The translations under genes were made by a program, and so were the position numbers. 55,427 nucleotides of DNA, taken from the NCBI GenBank assembly GCA_007134465.1, contig SLKS01000018.1, forward strand, positions 1 to 55,427, written 5' to 3'. Positions 45,515 to 53,052 of this stretch are shown here, piece by piece. How positions within the stretch are numbered: position 1 is the stretch's first letter; the number at the start of each line of letters is the position of its first letter. The DNA is from Kiritimatiellia bacterium. GTDB lineage: Bacteria > Verrucomicrobiota > Kiritimatiellia > UBA8416 > SLMC01. A model generated the notes under the pieces. That model was not told the DNA's origin. It did no database searches and was given only the letters and a program-made list of their open reading frames with translations.

Positions 45515-45766
45515 GGCTCTACTCTCGGGATTCGGGCCGTGAACTGGTTCATGCCGTAGTCGGATTCGAGCATGTTCACCACCAGCTCTTCCAGGGCAAC
45601 GCGGGACACTTCCATTTCACCTTCCGACGACAGGCGCTTCGTCGGCATGCACAAGACCGGCCCCTTGCAACAAACGCTGCGATTCCGCGCTGTGTATGTT
45701 CCGCTTGAACTGAGCGCGGCTATCCTCGCCCCTGGCGATCAATTCGATAACCTCTATTGCTTCCAT
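45511..45766 (-). pseudogene. Heavily deleted remnant of an AlbA_2/Schlafen-type DNA-binding, HATPase-like regulator
   Basis: Two short frames, hand-translated. MEAIEVIELIARGEDSRAQFKRNIHSAES... (45766-45617) matches the typical N-terminus (LIxxGESxxLEFKR). EVSRVALEELVVNMLESDYG matches the REALxExxxNALxHRDY motif. Only ~250 nt of a normally >1.2-kb gene remain. Confidence 0.35.
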
Positions 45767-48372
45767 AGCTGGTATATCTCCTTTCGGCGGGCAAATGCCT
45801 CGCGCCCGCCTTCCATGATCGAAACGATCGCCTTCTGAACGTCCGGGGCATCGATGCTGCCGATCTGTATGTCGCTCGCGCCGGACGCGAAGGAGCAGCC
45901 CCCGACTTGCTCGGAATCGCCAAGGACAGGGAAGTTCGCGTTGTGAGTGGCGAAAATGAATTGGACGTTTGGCTTCAGCGAACGGATGAGCTTGATTACA
46001 TCCTCAAAGATGGTCTGATTGTCAAGATCGTCTTCGGGCTGGTCGATGACGATCAGGTCGTTGTCACGCTGGCTAAGGATGAAAAGGATCAGAGCCGATG
46101 CGCGTTGCCCAAGCGAGTGATCGCGAAGATTCTTGCCATGATACATGATGTCGTAGGTGTTCGGAACCTGCCATGTAAGCAGAGATGCCTTCGCTTCATT
46201 GAAGTAACGGCGGAACGTGTCGCCCGAGTCCCCCATGCCGGAGCAGACCGTATCCAAGCTTTGGAAGAGCGAGATGAAGTCAGCATGTCCATCCAACGCT
46301 GTCTCCAGTGTCGACTCGCGGAGTCGGCTTCCGCGGAATTGCGCCTTCAGTTCCTCCAGCATTCTTTCCCGATTGCCTTTGTATTGCGGGAGAATTCGCA
46401 ATGCGTCCTGGCTCGCGTTGAGTTTTTCAATTTCGCTTTCTGCCTCCTTGAACTCCCGATGCCAGAGATCATTCAGGCGTTTGAGTTCCTTGAAAAGCAC
46501 GGCCTCCAAGGCGCTCTTTCGGCTTCGGCTCTTCCCCGTTTCGGAGAGCGCGAGTGTAACCTTCTGCAGTTTCGCATTCAGTTTCACGAAATCGTCAGGG
46601 CGTACACTGACCGTCCCGTTCTGTTGAAGTTTCTCGCTTAACTCCCGCTCGATCGCTGCGAACTCCTCCTTCAAGGCATCGCGCCGTTTCTGGATATCAT
46701 CGAACTTCTCCCGCAGCGCACGGGAGTCGGACGCAGCCTCGCCAATCGCAGTTCGGAGTTTATCCGGCACTTTGCGGATGCGGTCGAGAATGACGTTCAG
46801 CTCGTCCATCACATCCCGATTCTCTTTGGATTCCAGGCTCGGCAGCGCGGCCAGTTCGCTCTCCTGTTCGGCGAGGAACGCCCCCGCGTCGCGAACGAAT
46901 TTGTCGACCGTATCCACTGCGCGGTGCGCATGAGTCACATCGGCGTTAAACTGCACCTGGCGTTTGAGCTGCTCTTCGACGCCATGTTCGCGAAACAACT
47001 TGAGGCGGAATTCCGTGTCGCGTTTCTCGTTCCGGTACTCGGCTTCAACCGCATCGATATCCTTCAGTTTGTCCAGGCTTCCGAGCACATCAAGGACGCG
47101 TTGCTTCTGTGCCGCAATTTCGTGCCGCACAGCGTCGAGCTTTGACCCAACGAGACGTTCGACCAACTCGGATTCGGATCCCTCGCCACGTTTGACCAGC
47201 TCTTTCTGACCGAAGAAGAGCGGATTCTTGAGGGGAACAGCGATGCCCGGCTGGAGTTCGCCATTATGGTACACGTCCCGGCTTTCGTTGAGTATGCGAC
47301 GCACCTCGAAGCGACGGCCTGCGGAGTCTTCCGTTTCGACAACTACCTTCCCGCCACTCTTCAGAGCATACCTGACTAGCTCCCGCTTGTATGCGAGGTC
47401 TGTTTCATCCGCTGTGCCGGGCATGGGCAAATCAAGTCCGTACCGAAGACACTCGAGAATGGCCGACTTGCCGCTTCCTCGGATTCCGATTAGACAACTC
47501 ATCTCGGGCGAAAGATCAAGACGTTTGCCATTGAGAATTCCGCCCTCGAATCGAATGGCGCGCACCCACGAGTGCGGCTGTTTCTGTGCTATTTTTTCGG
47601 ATAGTCGGTCTGCTCCGGGTTTCAGGGAAAACTGAACCGCTTCAAACGTAAAAGCTCCTATCTTGAGGAATACGGGTTTCCCTTTGCCAACCTCCTCCAT
47701 CTTCTTCGGGTCGGAGCCCTCGACTTCCGCCGGATACCAGTCGCCCAGCCAACTCTCGACTTTCTTCTTCAGATCGCGTGTTCGGACCTTCTGAAAGGCG
47801 GCTGTGCGCAGACGGAAAAGGTCGCTCCGGCCCAGTTCTTGAATGCGTCCGCCTTTGAGACCGCCGAAGAGACCGTTATCCGCTTCGACGTGTGCGAAGA
47901 TCAGCAAGTAGTCTCGCTGGAATTTGTCCAACTCCCGAATCGTCTCCAGGAGATCATGGTTCGATCTGGCATTACTGTTGTCGCAATTCGATTGCCCCCC
48001 GAATGTCACGCTCCGAAAACCGTTGATATAGTCGGTCTGCTCCTGGTTTGATATCCACTCGTCGCTGAAGACAACAAGGGTGTGGATGCCGTTAGCCCCG
48101 TCCTTCACGGAGAGTTCGATTCCTGGCATCAGATAGATATCCTCTTTTCCAGCCGCTTTTCGCAGGGCCTTGAACTCGTCCAAATCGAACTTGTTGTGAT
48201 TTGCGATTACACCAACGCGAATATCGGCCTGCTTGAGAGCGGCGACGTATCGGACAACGAAGTCCTGTTCGTTGCCCGCATCGCTGAACTCCTTGTCGCG
48301 GTGAGTGTGCAGGTGAAAATCCGCGCGGACCCACCGACTTCCATTCTTGAAGAACTCGGTTTGGCTGCTCAT
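45754..48372 (-). CDS. PHP phosphoesterase fused to SMC/ABC-type (Rad50/SbcC-like) ATPase, a candidate defence effector
   Basis: ORF 45754..48582 trimmed to MSSQTEFFKNG (AAGGAG RBS, ATGA overlap with the upstream ORF). PHP motifs: DFHLHTH, IANHN, GIELS, FAHVE. Walker A is GIRGSGKSA. About 350 aa of coiled coil follow. Signature-like SLGQRASAL, Walker B LIVIDQPEDDLD, H-loop FATHNANF. Confidence 0.8.
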   Translation of the reverse strand: MSSQTEFFKNGSRWVRADFHLHTHRDKEFSDAGNEQDFVVRYVAALKQADIRVGVIANHNKFDLDEFKALRKAAGKEDIYLMPGIELSVKDGANGIHTLVVFSDEWISNQEQTDYINGFRSVTFGGQSNCDNSNARSNHDLLETIRELDKFQRDYLLIFAHVEADNGLFGGLKGGRIQELGRSDLFRLRTAAFQKVRTRDLKKKVESWLGDWYPAEVEGSDPKKMEEVGKGKPVFLKIGAFTFEAVQFSLKPGADRLSEKIAQKQPHSWVRAIRFEGGILNGKRLDLSPEMSCLIGIRGSGKSAILECLRYGLDLPMPGTADETDLAYKRELVRYALKSGGKVVVETEDSAGRRFEVRRILNESRDVYHNGELQPGIAVPLKNPLFFGQKELVKRGEGSESELVERLVGSKLDAVRHEIAAQKQRVLDVLGSLDKLKDIDAVEAEYRNEKRDTEFRLKLFREHGVEEQLKRQVQFNADVTHAHRAVDTVDKFVRDAGAFLAEQESELAALPSLESKENRDVMDELNVILDRIRKVPDKLRTAIGEAASDSRALREKFDDIQKRRDALKEEFAAIERELSEKLQQNGTVSVRPDDFVKLNAKLQKVTLALSETGKSRSRKSALEAVLFKELKRLNDLWHREFKEAESEIEKLNASQDALRILPQYKGNRERMLEELKAQFRGSRLRESTLETALDGHADFISLFQSLDTVCSGMGDSGDTFRRYFNEAKASLLTWQVPNTYDIMYHGKNLRDHSLGQRASALILFILSQRDNDLIVIDQPEDDLDNQTIFEDVIKLIRSLKPNVQFIFATHNANFPVLGDSEQVGGCSFASGASDIQIGSIDAPDVQKAIVSIMEGGREAFARRKEIYQLWKQ

Positions 48373-48773
48373 GGCACGCTCCTTTGAACATTGATCTGAA
48401 TCACGCATTCTGCCGGGCGTGAGTAACGGATGCCGGGCGCGGTGTCTTGTTCGGTAACGGAAAGATTCGACAGGGAGTTCGTGGCCTGAATCTTGTCGGC
48501 CACAACCGCCAGCGCCAGGCAAAACATCTCTTCCGGCAGATCGGCTGGCGGTTCGAGTTGGCTGTCGTACCGTTTTGCCCACAGATTTGTTATAGGAAAC
48601 GCTGCGGCTTCAGAACCTATAACAGCGCCAGTCTCGTCAAGCAGGTCGAATGTCACCTGCGCTTCCCATCTGTGCATGCCAGGACCGCTACGGATTTGAT
48701 GCGTTCTGTAAACCAGCTTCTTCGTGATCATATCGGCAGCGTCCTTCTGTGTTATCCGCCATGCTCGCGGCAA
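48369..48773 (-). CDS. Hypothetical protein (120-134 aa), coupled to the PHP-ATPase
   Basis: ORF 48369..48773. Its stop overlaps the PHP-ATPase ATG (ATGA). An alternative start MITKKLVY is at 48731. No family recognised. Confidence 0.5.
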   Translation of the reverse strand: MPRAWRITQKDAADMITKKLVYRTHQIRSGPGMHRWEAQVTFDLLDETGAVIGSEAAAFPITNLWAKRYDSQLEPPADLPEEMFCLALAVVADKIQATNSLSNLSVTEQDTAPGIRYSRPAECVIQINVQRSVP

Positions 48774-49327
48774 GCATTCAATTTCAGACTGCCCCTCTCC
48801 GTCACAACCACATATTCGCCGGGAGGTAAATCCATGCCTTGCAGTTTGTTCTTGATGTATTCCAGGGCATGACCGTGCAGCAGTTCAACCAATTTTCTTA
48901 GCAAAGTTTCTATCTCGATCAACTTGAATCCGTTTGGCAGCCAAGATTTGGCTTCTATTGTGATTGTTTTATCTTGCCACACAATAATTCTTGGATTTGT
49001 TGCGTATTTCACCCCGAACAATTCTACATCCGCATCAAGGTGCATGAAAACCTCGTTTCGCAACTTAAGCATGCTCTCGTGTAGCTTCTTGTTACGGGCC
49101 GAGATTAGATTTTTCGCAGGAAGACATCCCAAGTTGTTGCTGGACATAAATGGTGCGGCATAATACCCGCAGATGGCCCCAAACAGCGACATGGAGACAG
49201 GATGCTTCCCCGCCTCAATGCTTTTGTTCAGGAGCGATAATATATCCTGGGCCTTCTTGAATGAACTCATGGCATTCCATGCCAGCATGAATTCCCTGTC
49301 AGTCCGGATGGAATAGGGCTTGGCCAT
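48752..49327 (-). CDS. Hypothetical protein (191 aa), low-GC
   Basis: ORF 48752..49327. It starts 5 nt after the mod stop with a GGAGG RBS inside the mod 3' end. Hand-counted GC is ~40-42% in a ~63% GC genome. No family recognised. Confidence 0.55.
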   Translation of the reverse strand: MAKPYSIRTDREFMLAWNAMSSFKKAQDILSLLNKSIEAGKHPVSMSLFGAICGYYAAPFMSSNNLGCLPAKNLISARNKKLHESMLKLRNEVFMHLDADVELFGVKYATNPRIIVWQDKTITIEAKSWLPNGFKLIEIETLLRKLVELLHGHALEYIKNKLQGMDLPPGEYVVVTERGSLKLNACREHGG

Positions 49328-49332
49328 GGATT

Positions 49333-52008
49333 CTACACCTCCATCACCTTGGTGCTTTCCTCGCCGAACTGGGAGATGACGCGGACGGCGATTTTCTGGC
49401 CGGCGCGGGCCAGGGGGATGGGGTGCGAACGGTGGTTGTAGACGCGCTCGAAGGCTTCATCGTCCACCTCGATGCGCAGCGTCTTTTCCGCCGCGCGTTT
49501 GGCGGAGGTTCCGGCGAGCGATTCAAGCCCCTTTTTCCATTTGGCGAACTCGCCTTTGTCGCCGCCGCAGAAGAATACCTGCCGCACCACGAAGTTGCTG
49601 CCGTCGTAGTCGCTGTCCACCATCCAGTAGGCAATGTCGGCCGCGTCGCGCGATTTGACCACATCCCGGATCGGATCGTAAATGTCCAGCCCGAGAATTT
49701 CGAGTTCCACCTGCGGATGTCCGTCTTCGGATTTGCCCTTGAGCTTGCGCACGGCAATGTCCGGTTCGCCGATGGTGACGAACGAGGCGGCTTTCCTGTC
49801 CTTCTTGAGCAGGCCGTCCTGCATGAGGTCGTCGTGCATGCGCACTTTGGTGACTTCAAAGCTGCCGGCGCTCATGGTCACGTTCCGGTTGCTGATGGCG
49901 GATTCGAACGAGAAGCCCAGGATAATCAGCCAATCGGCGTCGCCGCGCGCGCGGCATTCCTTGACGGCTTCATTCACGGCCTGGCGCGAGACGGTCCCGA
50001 ATTTCGGGCCGATATGGAAGTAGGCTTTCTTTTCCACGGCGGCCGCCTGCTTCTTTTTGCCATTGCCGGACGCACCTTGATAAAAACCCTCGGCGTGAAG
50101 ATAGGCGGAGGTCAGGCGATCGACGCGGGTGAAGACCGCGTGTTCGTTCTTGATGCCGTTCTTGACGCCGGCGGATTTGAGATGCTCGAAGATGCGCTCC
50201 TCGAAAAGCTGCAGGTCGTCCGCGTCGGTAGCGGCCTGTTCCAACGCGCCGGGCGCGACCGGATCGAAATTCTGCAGCGTTTCCACCGTGAAGGGACCGG
50301 CTACGCGCAGCTTCTTCCTGTCCTCTTCGGGCTGATCGTAGAGCGTCTCGGTGGCGGGCGGCTCGTCGTTGGCAATGCTTTTGAGCGTGATGTGCGGCAC
50401 GGTCTTGTAGATGAAGCCCTGGCGGATATCCTCGCCCTGCCGATCGTAAAGCTTGTAATACGGGAACGCGGCGGTCATCAGGCGCGTCTTGGCGATGTTC
50501 AACGCAATCCGGCTGGTATCAATCGTGATCCAGCGCCGCCCCCATTGCTCCGCCACATACGCCGTCGTCCCGCTCCCGCATGTGGGGTCGAGAACCAAAT
50601 CGCCAGGGTCGGTGGTCATCAGGAGGCAGCGTTGGATTACCCTGCCAGCCGTTTGCACAACATAAACCCTGTCTGTTGCTCCGGCCGTATCGGTCCAATT
50701 GTTGCCTAAATTAAAAACAGGAAAGTCATCAAAGTATCTAACAAAAGACAATCGAGAGCCTTGGGCAACAACCCGTTTCTGTGATATCAATCTGTTCATA
50801 CCATCAAGGGTTGTTGTCCAACCTCTTGAGCCTGACGGCATATACGTGCGGCCCTCAAACTTCACAGGAAATTGCATTGCCGTTCCGATTCCTGATGGCC
50901 GCCCCTGTCGTTGAGACGTTATGTCGCCAAGCCGTAAAATTCTTGCGCCGTTGGGCAATGAGAGAGGATCACGGATTTCCGAAGGGGTCAAACGCCGCCG
51001 AGAACCGTCTTTCAGTTCAACATACTGATACATCGATCCACCAACGCCGCCCAATTCTTTATCTGAATAAAGCTGGCGATATTTCAGTGAATCACTGTTG
51101 CGAGCATACCAAATCACATAGTCAACTGTACCCGGAAGATATCTTGCAGTTTGCCCGGCCGTTTTCTGCACAGTAATCAAGCTCACAAAGTTCTCGCTAC
51201 CGAAGGCTTCATCCATCAGGCATCGGACGAGGTGAACGTTTTCGTCGGAGATTTGGACGAAGCAGGAGCCGGATTCCGCAAGCAGGTCTTTGGCGACGAG
51301 CAGGCGGTCGCGGAGGTAGCTCAGGTAGGAATGGATGCCGAGTTCCCAGGTGTCGCGGTAGGCTTTGATCTGTTCGGGTTCTCCGCAGAGGTGTTCGTCC
51401 TTGCCGTCGGTGACGTTGCGGTCGTTGAGTTTCATCTGCCAGTTGCCGCCGTACTTGATGCCGTAGGGCGGATCAATGTAGACGCATTGCACCTGACCGG
51501 CCATGCCTTCGCGCTGCAGCAGGGAGTTCATCACCAGCAGGCTGTCGCCCTGGATCAGGCGGTTGGACCAGCCGTCCTTATGGCTGTAGTATTCGGAAAT
51601 CTTCTCGATTTCGTCCATGTCGAGGGCATGGCCGAAAAGCTCGTTGGCGGAGAAGAAGTCGAGCTGGCTGACGGACGGCTCGCGCAGCCGGTAGAAGTTG
51701 CGGATGAGGACTTCGGGCGCGATGTGTTCGTGGCGGTAGAGGGACCGGATATCCACCGTCAACCGGTCTTCGGCGTCTTCCATGCCGTATTTGCGCATCC
51801 AGAACAGTTCCGGATCCTGTCCGCGATGCACCACCGGGTTTTTCGGATAGGCGGCTTTCGGCTGCGCGTGTTTCACCTTCGGGCTGGCGGTCTCGGCGCC
51901 GGCCTCCTCGCGCGATGGAATATGCGCGCGCTTGCTGCTTTTCGCATGCTTGATTGCGTCAACGGCCATGGTTCTTCTCTTCCCATCTGCAATAATCGCA
52001 TCCGTCAA
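49333..52008 (-). CDS. mod: Site-specific DNA methyltransferase, beta-class N6A/N4C (Type III Mod-like), 891 aa
   Basis: Motif [17 protein letters not shown] precedes motif [27 protein letters not shown] (order IV..TRD..I = beta class). It has long N- and C-terminal extensions. Confidence 0.88.
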   Translation of the reverse strand: MTDAIIADGKRRTMAVDAIKHAKSSKRAHIPSREEAGAETASPKVKHAQPKAAYPKNPVVHRGQDPELFWMRKYGMEDAEDRLTVDIRSLYRHEHIAPEVLIRNFYRLREPSVSQLDFFSANELFGHALDMDEIEKISEYYSHKDGWSNRLIQGDSLLVMNSLLQREGMAGQVQCVYIDPPYGIKYGGNWQMKLNDRNVTDGKDEHLCGEPEQIKAYRDTWELGIHSYLSYLRDRLLVAKDLLAESGSCFVQISDENVHLVRCLMDEAFGSENFVSLITVQKTAGQTARYLPGTVDYVIWYARNSDSLKYRQLYSDKELGGVGGSMYQYVELKDGSRRRLTPSEIRDPLSLPNGARILRLGDITSQRQGRPSGIGTAMQFPVKFEGRTYMPSGSRGWTTTLDGMNRLISQKRVVAQGSRLSFVRYFDDFPVFNLGNNWTDTAGATDRVYVVQTAGRVIQRCLLMTTDPGDLVLDPTCGSGTTAYVAEQWGRRWITIDTSRIALNIAKTRLMTAAFPYYKLYDRQGEDIRQGFIYKTVPHITLKSIANDEPPATETLYDQPEEDRKKLRVAGPFTVETLQNFDPVAPGALEQAATDADDLQLFEERIFEHLKSAGVKNGIKNEHAVFTRVDRLTSAYLHAEGFYQGASGNGKKKQAAAVEKKAYFHIGPKFGTVSRQAVNEAVKECRARGDADWLIILGFSFESAISNRNVTMSAGSFEVTKVRMHDDLMQDGLLKKDRKAASFVTIGEPDIAVRKLKGKSEDGHPQVELEILGLDIYDPIRDVVKSRDAADIAYWMVDSDYDGSNFVVRQVFFCGGDKGEFAKWKKGLESLAGTSAKRAAEKTLRIEVDDEAFERVYNHRSHPIPLARAGQKIAVRVISQFGEESTKVMEV

Positions 52009-52056
52009 GGATTGGATGGTATCATTTGCGAATACAACGAGCCCATATTGGACGAT

Positions 52057-52932
52057 CTAGCCAGCCTCCGGGAAACCCATTTTTTCGGTCACAGGCAACT
52101 GTTGCTCCCGCAACAAAGCCATCAGGCGATGCGTCCATTGATTCTGCGGCTCGACAATATCAACAATATGCGCGAGAAAAACCAAAGTGTTGTATACATT
52201 GCGACGACTTAGCGGGTTCACGCTGTTAGCAATGGTCGAGGGATGCCGTTTGGGTATGGCCACAGTTATGGTAAAACGCCTGTTCCAGAGTCGGGCATGA
52301 TGCGCACATAGATTGCGAATGTACACCCCGTGTTCCAGCAGCGATTTCATAAGATCAGGGCTAATGCCGTAGATTCCGGCTATCTTTTTCCGGTCATGTT
52401 CATGGCCTATGTTCTCGTAGAAACGGCTGAGCAACCCAAACGTCATGATTTCGCATACAGCCCAGATCGGCGGCCGATGCGTGTTGTGTTTGTTTTTGAA
52501 ATGCGAAACAAACACCTCGTGACTGCGCGCCAATTCATCGTCGAGTCGATTCAATGCGCTGGTATGTCGCTGCGCATTCCTGAAAACAGACGGGATTTCG
52601 TAAGCCTGAGCGCCATATTCGTGTCCAAGGATATACGCCCAGTGCGAACGAACCGATATCTCCAGCCTTTTCAATGCCTCCATTACCAGCGTTCGCAATT
52701 GCCGATCGAAACAGTACAATCCCCACATGTTGCCAAATGTAGTCCCTGGCAGAAAACGATCCGGTTTTCCCGGCTCTGTCAACGGAAAACGATAGGCCGA
52801 TATACGATAGTAATTGTGGTGCGCAAGACAGTGCAGAGCAAAAGACCTGTTTTCAACAGTTAGGCCTCGGCCCTCAAGGATCGCAAGCTGCTCTTCATAG
52901 GTTTTTGCGGGTTTGCTGAAGCTCATTGGCAT
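52057..52932 (-). CDS. Abi_2 (AbiD/AbiF-like) abortive-infection family protein
   Basis: 291-aa ORF. Contains YEEQLAILEGRGL, HHNYYRISAY, FDRQLRTLVMEALKRLEISVRSHWAY and IRNLCAHHARLWNR, the characteristic Abi_2 pattern. GC is ~50%. Confidence 0.85.
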   Translation of the reverse strand: MPMSFSKPAKTYEEQLAILEGRGLTVENRSFALHCLAHHNYYRISAYRFPLTEPGKPDRFLPGTTFGNMWGLYCFDRQLRTLVMEALKRLEISVRSHWAYILGHEYGAQAYEIPSVFRNAQRHTSALNRLDDELARSHEVFVSHFKNKHNTHRPPIWAVCEIMTFGLLSRFYENIGHEHDRKKIAGIYGISPDLMKSLLEHGVYIRNLCAHHARLWNRRFTITVAIPKRHPSTIANSVNPLSRRNVYNTLVFLAHIVDIVEPQNQWTHRLMALLREQQLPVTEKMGFPEAG

Positions 52933-53052
52933 ATCTTTAAATAAGTAACCCGCCGATTTGAGCGTAGCGTAAAGCCAGAGGCTTGGCGGGTATTGTTGCG
53001 ATCAACTTGGCGCCATTAACAGCGTTTGTCAACAAAAATAATTGTTTTTTTC

